Below, in pieces: positions 42,433 to 54,761 of a stretch of DNA of 64,000 bases (its first letter is position 1; each line of letters starts with the position of its first letter). The notes under the pieces are model-generated. The model worked only from the letters and a program-made list of their open reading frames with translations. It was not told the origin of the DNA and searched no databases. Position numbers and translations under genes: made by a program. This stretch comes from the human T2T-CHM13v2.0 reference genome, Homo sapiens: NCBI RefSeq assembly GCF_009914755.1, contig NC_060930.1. One strand, given 5' to 3'.

Positions 42433-45400
42433 TAGGAGGGGGAAGATGGCAGATACGAAACAGGGCTAACGTGTAGCTCCCACATGAATAGACAGAACAG
42501 CGTGTGGAGACTCACACGTCATATTTTGCTCCAAGAACCACTGCAGGAATGTACCAGGAAAACCAAAATAATTCACAGAGCCTTTGAAAGAAATGGCACA
42601 GCACAGTGCCAAGGGAACACTGTGGGAGCGAGACCGGCCTCACCAACTGCATGGGAGCTGAGTGAGGCTTCTTGACGCCTCTTGCTACCAGCTATCCCCC
42701 ATGCCCCTGGCAAACTGTATGACACAGCAGAGGTGGCCAAGATACCCTCTGGAACGTAACCCCATTGGCCTGGGAACCACTCCCCTATCCCCCACAGTGG
42801 CCTTGGCAAGCCCCACCCAAGAAGAGTTTGAGCCCAGACTCGCCTAACCCTGCCCCCACCTAATGGTATTTCCCTGCTGGCCCTGGTAGCTGAACACAAA
42901 GCAAGAAAACTCTTGGGAGCTTTATGGCCCCACCCATCATCTGAGAAACCAAAATACTTACCCTGGCCATCATAGGGCAAGCTTAGAGCCCCCTACTACT
43001 ACTGCAGGTGGTAGTCTTTTGAAAGTGCCACCTCCTGACTAGAGGCCAACCAACTTAGGCCATTACAGCAACTCAGAACAAAATTACTCTGATTCCAGGA
43101 AGGAGAAGACAACATCTAATTCTGCTGCCTGCAATATCCTGGCTAACTAGAGGTCCTGCAGGTGTACACTTGACAGCTTCACCACTAGCATAACCAGCAT
43201 TCAAGAAAGCCAGCACACCAGACATATTTATAACCAAAGACTCTCATAGAGTCTAATTTACTTCCCTGCCACCTCTACCAGAGCAGGTGCTGGGAGACCT
43301 GAAGAAAAATCACATCACAGGACTCTTTGCAGACATCCCCCAGCATCAGCTCAGACAGAGCCTGTTGCCCTGCTGAGTGGCTAGACCCAGAAGAGCAATA
43401 ATAGTCACTGCAGTCCAGGTCTCAAGAAGCCCCATCCCTAGGGGAAGGGGGAGAGCACAACATCAAGGGGTCACCCCTTGGGACAAGAAAATCTGAACAG
43501 CAGCCCTTGAGTTTCAAACTTCTCTATGGAATTAGTCTACCCAAATGAGAAGAAGCCAGAAAAGTAGTTCTGGTAGTATGATAAAACAGTGTTCTGTAAT
43601 ACCCCCGATCATACCAGCTTCCCAGCAATGGATCCAAACTAAAAAAAAATCTGAATTGTCAGATAAATAATTTAGAAATTTAATTATTAATATTAAGCTA
43701 CTCAAGGAGATAACAGAGAACGGTGAAAACCAACTTAAATAAATTTTTTTTTAAATGTAGGATATGGATGAAAAATGCCCCAGAGAAACAGATATCACAA
43801 AGAAAAAACAATCACAACTTCTGGAAGTGAAAGATACACTTAGATATATACAAAATGCAGTGGAAAGTGTCAAAAATAGTCTAGAAGAGGTAGAAGAAAT
43901 AATTTCTGAGCTTGAAGACAAGGCTTTTGAATTAACCCAATCAGACAAAGACAATGAAAAAAAATTTTAAATGAACAAAGCCTCCAAGAAAATTGAGATT
44001 ATGTTAAATCACCAAACCTAAGAATAATTGGCATTCCCTGAGGAAGAAGAGAAATCTAAAAGTCTGGAAAACTTATTTGAGGGAATAATTGAGGAAAACT
44101 TCCCTGGCCTTGCTAGAGATCTAGACATCCAAATACAAAAAGCTCAAAGAACACCTGGAAAACTCATTGCAAAAAGATTATCACCTAGGCACATATTCAT
44201 CAAGCTATCTAAAGTCAAGATGAAAGGAAGAATCTTAAGAGCTGTGAGACAAAAGTATCAGGTAGCCTATAAAGGAAAAACCCATCAGATTAACAGCAGA
44301 TTTCTCAACAGAAACCTTACAAGTCATTAGGGATCGGGGTCCCATCTTCACCCTCCTGAAATAAAATAATTGTCAGCCAAGGATTTTGTATTCAGTGAAA
44401 CTAAGTTTCATAAATGAAGGAGAGATAAAGCCTTTTTTCAGACAAACAAATGCTGAGAGAATTTGCCACTACTAAGCCAGCACTACAAGACATGCTAAAA
44501 AGAGTTCTAAATCTTGAAACAAAACCTCAAAATACAGCAAAATAGAACCTCCTTAAAGCACAAATCTCATAGGGCCTATAAAACAATAACACAGTGGAAA
44601 AAAAACACGAGGTATTAAGGCACCAACTAACATAATGAATAGAACAGTACCTCACATCTTAATACTAACATCGAATGTAAATGGCCTAAATGCTCCACTT
44701 AAAATATAATGGCAGAATGAATAAAAAAATCCACCAACCAAATATCTGCTGTCTTCAAGAGACTTATCTAACACATAAGGACTTATGTAAACTTAAGGTA
44801 AAGGAGTAGAAAAAGATATTCCATGCAAATGGAAATCAAAAGTGATCAGGAGTAGCTATTCTTGTATCAGACAAAACAGACTTTAAAGCAACAACAGTTA
44901 AAAAAAAATAGGGACTTACATAATGATAAAAGGAATAGTCCAGCAGGAAAGTATCACAATCCTAAATATATATGCACCTAACACTGGAGCTCCCAAATTT
45001 ATAAAATAATTACTACTAGACCTAAGAAATGAGTTAGACAGCAACACAATAATAGTGGAGGGGCTTCAATACTCCACTGACAACACTAGACAGGTCATCA
45101 CAACAGAAAGTCAACAAAGAAACAATGGACTTAAATTATACACTAAAATAAGTGGACTTAACAGATATTTACAGAACATTCTACCCAACAACTGTAGAAT
45201 ATACATTTTTTTTAATACATGGAGCATTCTCCAAGATAGACCATATAATAGGTCACAACACAAGTCTCAATAAATTTAAGAAAATTGAAAGTACCCCAAG
45301 TATCCTCTCAAACCACAATGGAATAAAGCTGGAAATTAACTCCAAATGGAGCCCTTAAAACTATACAAATACATGGAAATTAAATAATCTGCTCTTAAAT

Positions 45401-45625
45401 GCTCTTTGGGTCAACAATGAAATCAAGATGGAAATTTAAAAATTCTTTGAGCTGAACAATAATAGTGACACAATTTACCAAAACCTCTAGGCTTCAGCAA
45501 AGGTGGTACAAAGAGGACAGTTCATAGCCTATGTCAAAAAGTCTGAAAGAGTGCAAATAGACAATCTAATGTCATACCACAAGGAACTAGAAAAACAAGA
45601 ACAAACCAAACCCAAATCCAGCAGA

Positions 45626-45657
<32 letters not shown>

Positions 45658-46552
45658 GGTCAGAGCAGAACTAAATGAAATTGAAACAAAAAAAATTACA
45701 AAGGATAAATGAAACAAAAAAAACTGGTTCTTTGAAAAGATAAACAAATTTGATAGACCTCTAGTGAGATTAACCAAGAAAAGATCCAAGATCCAAATAA
45801 GCTCAATTAGAAATTAAACAGGAGATATTACAACCAATACCACAGAAATACAAAAGATTATTCAAGGCTGCTATGAACACCTTTACACACACAAACTAGA
45901 AAATTTAGAGGAGATGGGTAAATTCCTGGAAATATACAACCCTCCCAGATTAAATTAGAAAGAAATAGAAACTCTGAACGACCAATAACAAGCAGTGAGA
46001 TTGAAAAAGTAATTTAAAAATTGCCAATAAAAAAGGTCCAGGACCAGATGGATTCACAGCTGAATTCTATCAGACATTCAAAGGAGAATTGGTACCAATC
46101 TTACTGAAACTATTCCAAAAGATAGAGAAAGAGGGAATCCTCCCTAAATCATTCTGTGAAGCCAGTATCACTCTAATTCCAAAACCAGGAAAGGACATAA
46201 CAAAAAAAGAAAACTACAGACCAATATCCCTGATGAATATAGATGCAAAAATCCTTAAGAAAATACTAGCTAACTGAATCCAATTGCATATCAAAAAGAT
46301 AATACACCATGATCAAGTGGGTTTCATACCAGGGATGTGAGGTTGGTTTAACATATACAAGTGAATAAATGTGATACAGCACATCAACAGAATTAAAAAC
46401 AAAAATCATGTGATCATCTCAATAGGTTCAGAAAAAGCATTTGACAAATTCCAGCATCCCTTTATGATCAAAACTACCATATATATACATATATATACAC
46501 ATATATATGTATATATATGTGTGTATATACACACACACACACACATATATAT

Positions 46553-46599
<47 letters not shown>

Positions 46600-46955
46600 A
46601 TGGAATACTACTCAGCCATAAAAAGGAATGAAATAATGGCATTCACAATTACCTGGATGGAGTTGGAGACCATTATTCTAAGTGAAGTAACTCAGGAATG
46701 GAAAACCAAATATTGTATGTTCTTATTTATAAGTGGGAGCTAAGCTATGAGGATGCAAAGGCATAAGAATGATATAATGGACTTTGGGGACTTGCGGGGA
46801 AGGGTTGGAGGGGGATGAGGGGTAAAAAACTACACATTGAGTACAGCATACACTGCTCGGATGAATGGGTGCACCAAAATCTCAATAATTATCACTAAAG
46901 AACTTATCAATGTAACCAAAAGCCACCTGTTACCCAAAAACAATTGAAATAAAAA
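42433..46955 (+). mobile_element. L1PB1-like element with 5' UTR, ORF1, ORF2 endonuclease to early RT, an internal deletion, and 3' UTR
   Basis: ORF1 peptides (EENFPGLARDLDIQIQ), ORF2 peptides ([34 protein letters not shown]); L1PB-type 3' UTR; 15-bp TSD aatttctgtgactct (42418-42432) / aatttctgtaactct (46956-46970); many stops and frameshifts. Confidence 0.93.
46479..46598. repeat. Compound (TA)n/(CA)n microsatellite
   Basis: Visible repeat inside the L1PB. Confidence 0.95.
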
Positions 46956-47890
46956 AATTTCTGTAACTCTCAATAAGTTAAGAGCAATGTTTATTTTTAA
47001 ATTCCTTCAGTTCAAAATCCTGTTTAAATTTTTGAGAGATTTTATCTTCCTTTAATTTGATAACATGTGGCATTCTGCTTTGAAAATGGTTAAAATATTT
47101 TTAAAGCTTGCTCAGAATGGTTGGGTAGACCTGTTAAATATTTTAGAGGATGCATTTCAATCATTTGACTGTACCTCAAACACAAACATAACCTCCCTTA
47201 ATCCTTTCCTGTTATTTTATTAATGTAGAAAGGGAATTCACAAAGCTGGAAGTTTAGAAAAAGAAGCTGAACTCAGCTGTCATTCAAAATCTGACTTTCA
47301 TATTTCCTAATCTCCTTTTTTCCAGCATCCTTTCCAAGAACCACTGTAAGTAAAACAGTGCACTAGACCCCTTTAAATTTGAAGAAATTCAAATAGTCAC
47401 CCACTCCATGACTGTAAACAATTGACTCTCATCTCAGGCATCAAATTCATCTATTACAGTAGAGGTTTAAGTACTAACCCACTCAAAAGAATCTTTCAGA
47501 TTTAGTAACTCAGAGGAGTTACAATAACTCAGTGGGAGAACTGGTTGAGGTCTTTGTTCTAGTTCTGATGAACTAGTGGCACTTCCTGGCTCAGGTCATC
47601 ATGGAGCCAAACTCTTTCCCTTCCAGTTCCAGCGCAAGTCTCACCTACTGGCACCTGCCTGTGGGGACTGCTCCCTCCTCTAAGCCCATAGCAGCCCCTA
47701 GTCTCTCTTCTCATCACATGGCCCTCAGCTTATCAGCTTTCTCTAGAGACTGTGCCCTAGTTAGATTGCATGTTCTGCAGACACCCGTGCTCTCCCACTG
47801 TCCTCCATGTCTTGCCCGCAGCAGATGCTTACTAAGTGTCTATTCACGATGTCATGGTTTGTGACATAGTGATGGTGATTCCTATTTTTA

Positions 47891-48551
47891 GAGAGACCAC
47901 TGAGATGTTGCAGGCTTGGTTCCAGACCACTGAAATAAAGTGAGTATTTCAGTAAAGCAAGTCACACACATGTTGGTGTTTCTCAGTGCATGTAACAGTT
48001 ATGTTTATGCTACACTGTAGCCATTAAGCATCATGTCCAAAAAACAATGTACATACCTTAATTTAAAAATACCGTATTGCTAAAAAAAAAAAAAAAGTGA
48101 ATGATCATCGGAGGCTTCAGCAAGTCATAATCTTCTTGCTGATGGAGGGCCTTGATTCTATGTTGATGATTACTGACTGATCAGGGTTGCTAAAGGTTGG
48201 GGCGGCTGTGGCAATTTCTTGAAATAAGACAACAATGGAGCTTGTAGCATTGATTGACCCTTCCTTTCATGAACGATTTTTTGGCACTATGTGATGCTGT
48301 TTGATAGCATTTTACCCACAATAGAACTTCCTTCAAAATTGGAGTCAGTCCTCTCAAACCCTGCTGCTGCTTTCTCAACTAAGTTAATATAATATTCTCA
48401 ATCCTTTTTGGTCATTTTAAGAATGTTCACAGCATCTTTATCAGAAGTAGACTCCCATCTCAAGAAACTGCTTTCTTTGCTCCCCCGTAAGAAATCCTAG
48501 ATGGCATCTTCCAATAGAAGGTTATTTCGTCTCCATTGAAAATCTATTTGG
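47891..48551 (-). mobile_element. Tigger1 (TcMar), 3' part
   Basis: ggttccagaccac near the terminus; transposase C-terminal remnant; continues at 51540. Confidence 0.88.
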
Positions 48552-50160
48552 CCTCCCCCTCCCCCTCCCCCTCCCCCTCCCCCTCTCCCTCTCCCTCTCC
48601 CCACAGTCTCCCTCTCCCTCTTCCTCTCCCCACAGTCTCCCTCTCCCTCTCCCTCTCTCTCCACGGTCTCCCTCTGATGCCAAACGGAGGCCGGACTGTA
48701 ATGCCGCCATCTCGGCTCACTGCACCCTCCCTGTCTGATTCTCCTGCCTCAGCCTGCCGAGTCCCTGGGATTGCAGGCGCGCGCCGCCACACCTGACTGG
48801 TTTTCGTATTTTTTTTGGTGGAGACGGGGTTTCGCCGTGTTGGCCGGGCTGGTCTCCAGCTCCTAACCGCAAGTGATCTGCTAGCCTCGGCCTCCCGAGG
48901 TGCCGGGATTGCAGACGGAGTCTCGCTCACTCAGTGCTCAATGTTGCCCAGGCTGGAGTGCAGTGGCGTGATCTCGGCTCGCTACAACTTCCACCTCCCA
49001 GCCGCCTGCCTTGGCCTCCCAAAGTGCCGAGATTGCAGCCTCTGCCTGGCCGCCACCCCGTCTGGGAAGTGAGGAGCGTCTCTGCCTGGCCGCCCATCGT
49101 CTGGGATGTGAGGAGCCCCTCTGCCCGGCCGCCCAGTCTGGGAAGTGAGGAGCGTCTCTGCCCAGCTGCCATCCCATCTAGGAAGTGAGGAGCGCCTCTT
49201 CCCGGCCGCCATCCCGTCTAGGAAGTGAGGAGTGTCTCTGCCCGGCCGCCCATCGTCTGAGATGTGGGGAGCGCCTCTGCCCCGCCACCCCGTCTATGAT
49301 GTGAGGAGCGCCTCTGCCTGGCCGCGACTCCGTCTGGGAACTGAAGAGTGTCTCTGCCCGACCACCACCCCATCTGGTAGGTGAGGAGTGTCTCTGCCCT
49401 GCCGCCCCGTCTGAGAAGTGAGGAGCCCCTCCGCCCGGCAGCCGCCCTGTCTGGGAAGTGAGGAGCGTCTCCGCCTGGCAGCCGCCCCCTCCAGGAGGTG
49501 GGGGGCAGCCCCCGCCCGGCCAGCCACCCCGTCCCAGAGGGAGGTAGGGGGCAGCCCCCGCCCCGCCAGCCGCCCTGTCCGGGAGGGAGGTGGGGGGCGC
49601 CTCTGCCCGGCCGCCACCCCGTCTGGGAAGTGTACCCAGCAGCTCATTGAGAAGGGTCCATGATGACGATGGCGGTTTTGTCGAGTGGAAGGTGGGGAAG
49701 TGTGGGGAAAGGAAAGAGAAATCAGATTGTTGCTGTGTCTGTGTAGAAAGAAGTAGACATGGGAGACTCCATTTTGTTCTGTACTAAGAAAAATTCTTCT
49801 GCCTTGGGATGCTGTTAATCTATAACCTTACCCCCAACCCCTTGCTCTCTGAAACATGTGCTGTGTCCACTCAGGGTTAAGTGGATTAAGGGCGGTGCAA
49901 GTTGTGCTTTGTTAAACAGATGCTTGAAGGCAGCATGCTCCTTAAGAGTCATCACCACTCCCTAATCTCAAGTACCCAGGGGCACAAACACTGGGGAAGG
50001 CCGCAGGGTCCTCTGCATAGGAAAACCAGAGACCCTTGTTCACATGTTTATCTGCTGACCTTCCCTCCACTATTGTCCTATGACCCTGCCAAATCCCCCT
50101 CTCCGAGAAACACCCAAGAATGATCAATAAATACTAAAAAAAAAAAAAAAAAAAAAAAAA
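48552..50160 (+). mobile_element. Full-length SVA retrotransposon (older, SVA_B/C-like)
   Basis: (CCCTCT)n-type hexamer head 48552-48675, antisense Alu-like domain, GC-rich VNTR (gggaagtgaggagc), SINE-R, AATAAA at 50126-50131, A25 at 50136-50160. Confidence 0.97.
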
Positions 50161-51539
50161 TTATCACAGTAATTCCATGAGGCAGGGGACTCTACGTCCA
50201 TTTCAGGGGCTGATAAACTGAGATATAGAGTACTTAGGTAACCTACCCGAGTACACACAGAGCCAGAGCGTAAACCCCTTCTCGCTATTTCCAGAGTCAG
50301 GCTCTTCGCCACTTCACCATCCTGCATGTCAGGAAAATGAAATATGAAGAAAATTGCCAATTCTTCCATTGTTTTACTAGAAGATAACTGAGCCACTGAC
50401 TGAGGCTCTCCTGTGCCCACTAGCTCACTGCTCTGACTGCGTTTTATTGGAAATTTCAGCTAACTCTCACCACCTCCCACTAAACCGCTTTCCTGAGGGC
50501 AGAAATCCATCTTCCAGCTGTGAATCAGGATTTGCCACAAGAAACCCCTGCCTGCCTCCTAACACCTGCCATTCATTAGACACTGAATCCGGTAGGGCAG
50601 TCCTGGGATCTGAAGGTCTTTAGATCGCCAGGGCCACGTTTCTGGGAGGCTGGTGTATTTGGAACCGCCCTATCATTCTGGGAGCCCTGTGCGTCCCCAG
50701 CTGCCCTGCGGAGTCGCTGTTAGACATTGTACACCTGCCCTGCACCCCGGATGCAGACTCCGTAATTCTTCAGGTCAGCCCCAGTTCATGCAACTGACTT
50801 TTCTCAATCAAAGGCATTTGCCAAGTGTTCAAGGATTATTACAGCGATTTATTACACTGAGAAGACTTTTCATCTGGATACATTTGCAAGTCAAAGAAAA
50901 CCGTTTCTTAGCCCACAGGTCTTAATCACTTTGTTAATCTTAAAGCAGCTGTGACCTTAAAATTCAGTGCTATCAGTAAAGACAATATATAGAGACAAAG
51001 ACAGACAGAGATAAAGACAGAAAGAGACTAATGTGGAAAACACATTTTAATTTTTTTAATTAAAACGTATTTTAGGCCAGGTACGGTGGCTCATGCCTAT
51101 AATCTCAGCACTTTGGGAGGCTGAGGGAAGGGGGTATGGCTTGAGCCCAGAAGTTCAAGACCAGCCTGGGCAATGCATTTCTCTAGAGACCCATCTCTAG
51201 GGGAAAAAATAAAAATAAAAAATAAATAAAAATGTATTTGAAATAGAAAAAAAAAGAGAAAATGTCCATAAGCAAATAGTGGAGGAAAAAAAAGTCACCC
51301 TGTTCAGAAACAACTACCTTTAGTGTTTTAATGTATACCCTTCCAGATATTTTTGTCTGCACATGTATTTATATAAAAGTGAGATTATAGCTGCCACTTT
51401 TAACCTGCATATTATTATACCATTCTTCCAGCTTTCCATGCTTCTTGTCATTATTCTCACTGTACTTTACTGGAATTTTCCATCATGTTTTTTGACCCAA
51501 AAGTATTCTATAAAATGAACGTATCCTAAAAAAAAAAAA
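50161..51539 (+). other. SVA 3'-transduced segment plus second poly(A)
   Basis: Lies between the SVA poly(A) and the right-hand TSD gaaaatctatttgg (51540-51553; left copy 48538-48551). Confidence 0.92.
51075..51230 (+). mobile_element. FLAM / Alu left monomer inside the transduced segment
   Basis: ggccaggtacggtggctcatgcc...gaccagcctgggcaa with A-rich tail; imperfect TSD aaaacgtattt / aaaatgtattt. Confidence 0.85.
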
Positions 51540-52467
51540 GAAAATCTATTTGGTGTAGCCACCTCAATGCTCTTAGCTAGGTCTTCTGAATAACTTGCTG
51601 CAGCTTCTCCATCAGCACTTGCAGCTTCACCTTTCACTTTTATGTTATGGAGACAGCTTCTTTCCTTAAAACTCATGAATCAAACTCTGCTGGTTTTAGA
51701 CTTTTCTTCCACAGCTTCCTCACCTCTCTCAGCCTTCATAGAATTGAAGAGAGTTAGGCTTTGCTCCGGATCAGTCTTTGGCTTAAGGGAATATTGTGGC
51801 TGGGTTTGATCTTCTATCCAAACTATTTAGACTTTCTCCATATCAGCAACAAGGCTGTTTCACTTGTTTATCATTCATGTATTCACTGAAGTAGCACTTT
51901 GGCCAGTTAGCCAACTGGCGAAAGAAGCCCTGGCTTTTGGCCTGTCTCACCTTTCGACATGCTTCCTCACTAAGCTTAATCATTTCTAGTTTTTGATTTA
52001 ATATGAAAGATAATGCGACTCCTCCTTTCACTTGAGCATTTAGAGATCTTTGTAGGGTTGTTAACTGGCCCAGTTTCAATATTGTTGTGTCTCAGGGAAT
52101 AGGGAGGCCTGAGGAGAGGGAGAAAGATGGGAAATGGCAGCTCAATGGAACAGTCAGAACACACACTTCATTTATCAATTAAGTTCACTGTCTTATATGG
52201 GTGTGATTTGTGGCACCTCAAAACGATTACAATAGTAACATCAAAGATCAGATCGCCATAATCACAGATCACCATAACAGACCTAATGATGATGAAAAGT
52301 GTGAAAAATTGCAAGAATTATCAAAATGTGACACAGAGACCCAAAGTAAGCACATGCTGTTGAACAAATGGTGCCGATAGACTTGCTCAATCCAGAGTTG
52401 TCACCAGCTTTCAGCTTTCAATTTGTATAAAATGCTGTCTTCTAAGCACTAAGACAAGGTATGCTTG
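51540..52467 (-). mobile_element. Tigger1 (TcMar), 5' part
   Basis: Transposase N-terminal remnants (NQKLEMIKLSEE; [21 protein letters not shown]); ends aaggtatgcttg followed by TA. Confidence 0.92.
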
Positions 52468-53312
52468 TATTTTGTTATGGGGGAAAAGCTATGTTTGGAG
52501 AGCATTGGGGCAAATTAGTCACTAAGGCAGCTTGAGTTAATCAATGAACAGTCTTTTCTTCCCAGAATATGCAAGGATCTTTTCAAAGCCTAGAAACAGG
52601 AGGCATTTGGTTTTGGTTTGGTTGTTTCTGCTCTGTTTTTCTTTTTATAGAACATAAAAAGTAATTTTTCAAGATGTACCTAGGCATTGAGTTAATGGAA
52701 TGTGCCTATTACCTAAACCTATTCCAATGTCTTAACTATGAAGAAACTCGGTATGTGGTGATAGAATAAATGAATAACTGAACTGGTTTTGGAAATGTCA
52801 ACTTAATTCAGAAATTCTACATTCAGAATGGAATTTTTGAAAGTTAAACTATTTGAATTAATTCATCTATTTACCGTTTTCTGTCCTCTGTTATCTAAAA
52901 TAAAGATTAAATAACATTCAAGTTTCTATGTTTAGCAGTTCCTGTTGTTTGAATCCCATGCAACTGTTTTCATGCTAAGATGTGTTCATGCTGCACAGGT
53001 GACCCATGCATTTGTGCGCTGAGAATGGAAATGATTGAGGCCATTGCTGGCATCATTCACTAGGGAGAGAGTCTTGTTTCTCCAGAAATACAAAACTGAG
53101 AGGACAAGCTCTTGGTAGAAGAGAAAAATATGTCTGTTGGGCTCACCTGTAAAACCTTATTCAGAAAGTCGGCTTGGGCCTCCTGGAATAGGAATGGTGC
53201 TATATCTCAAGACATGCTAAGGAAAATAAGGGGAGAGAATTCTCACCCTCTTGTGTCCTGAGCATTAAAGATAGAGCAGTTTCCCCTGAAGGCAGCATGG
53301 AACAGCAACCAT

Positions 53313-54017
53313 TGTCAAAGAGAAAGAAAGCCAGATGCTAATTAAAGGCAGTGAGATGGATTTTCTCCAGTACTTCTGCAGTAGGAGAGAGACCCCAGTG
53401 TATACTGAGCTCAACTTTATGGAAACTAAAATGTAGGAGTCCTCATAAGCACTGGGAGCTACTAAAGGAAACATACTGAAGGGCCTTAAGGGATGTGATG
53501 AGGCCATCTGTGTGTGCTAACTGGTGCTTATTGAAATTAGGTTCCTAGCCTCCCCCAGAGACTGGAAGATGGGGGCTTAATACTTCTCAATGATTACATG
53601 TCAAAGAGATGGCTCCCAGGTCTCTGGAAAGACGTTCCTGGGTTGTAGAAGATACATGTACATCTCAAAGGCCCAGAGAAAGGATTTACAATTGTAAGCT
53701 TTCTAAAGTAAATGCTCCAAGAAAAGGGAATTTAGGGGTCTATTTTCAAGTGTTGATTAGAACAAACAGCAAATATTTTTGGTGGTGTTGAACCTTCTCA
53801 GGCAGGCATTTTAAGGTTACTGGGATTATCTTCCTAGGGACATGGCTTTGAGCTGCTAGAAACTGTGGTAGTGTTTGTTCAAGTCCCTTAGTGTTGAAAA
53901 GTGGGTGAAATCATTTGTACTGAATGTTGTAGTTCTTACAGGCCAAGGTTGAAGCCTAGTTGGAAAGAGACCTCAGAGGAACTGTCTCAAGTTTGTTCAA
54001 GGAGAGAGTCTTTGTCA
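53313..54017 (-). mobile_element. ERV1 solo LTR (MER67/MER31 group)
   Basis: Minus strand starts tgacaaagactctctccttg; TG...CA termini; 4-bp TSD ccat / ccac. Confidence 0.75.
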
Positions 54018-54548
54018 CCACCTTGGGAGAAACTCAAAGGGGAAAATGAGTGGTTGTCAGAGGCACCTTGGCCCAGCCACCCACTAACTAGGTGCATTTC
54101 CTTCCAGTGGTGACCTTGGAGCCTTCGATTGTATGTTCATTAGGAAAATGTTGTTTCCTTATATACCAAAAAGCATTTGTTGAGTGACTTCTGTTTAAGG
54201 ATGCACTTCCTGGCTGTCTCCTGACATTTTCTTGTTTGTCAAGTTAAATATGATCTTGCAAGGAAGAGTTAGGACTTAGGGTTTCACATATAAGCTTACG
54301 TTGATTTTCATCCATCTTGAGCTTCTTTAGATCAAGGATCAGAAGCTTGAACATGACATGGAGCCATGAAATAATTTTTTTTTACATGAAAGCCACAGTT
54401 TTATACTTAGTTAGAGAAATCATATCAAGAGGGTTAATTTTGCTATTTGCCTTTTTTTTTTTTTGCCCAGAGTTTGAAAGCTTGTTCCTCTTCTACTTTT
54501 GAAAAAAGACCCCAATTTTCAAAGTTCTTTCCTTTGGGTCTTCTACAA

Positions 54549-54761
54549 CAGGGGTTAACAAACTATGACCCATAGGCCAAATCCATCCCACTGCATATTT
54601 TTGTAAATAAAGTTTTATTGGAACGCAGCCACATACATCCATTTGCATACTGTCTGCAGCTGCTACAGATGAATTGAGTCATTTCCACAGAGACAGTGTG
54701 ACCTGCAAAGCCTTAAGTATCGGCTGTTTGGTCCTCTTCACAAAAAGTTTGCCAACACCTG
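54549..54761 (+). mobile_element. MER58A (hAT-Charlie)
   Basis: caggggttaacaaacta...tttgtaaataaagttttattggaac...aaagtttgccaacacctg. Confidence 0.88.

Noticed and set aside
43600-46743. L1 ORF1/ORF2 as an active retrotransposon
   Set aside because: Multiple stops and frameshifts and loss of most of the RT region
48522-50127. Dense overlapping ORFs and repeat array resembling a gene cluster or CRISPR array
   Set aside because: Explained by the GC-rich SVA hexamer and VNTR; units are tandem with no unique spacers and no cas genes; the DNA is eukaryotic
50161-51527. Cargo being the known SVA-transduced AMAC/SLC35G retrogene
   Set aside because: No long ORF or membrane-transporter-like translation in the cargo
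51467-52164. Domesticated TIGD-like transposase gene
   Set aside because: Tigger1 ORF is fragmented, internally deleted and split by the SVA
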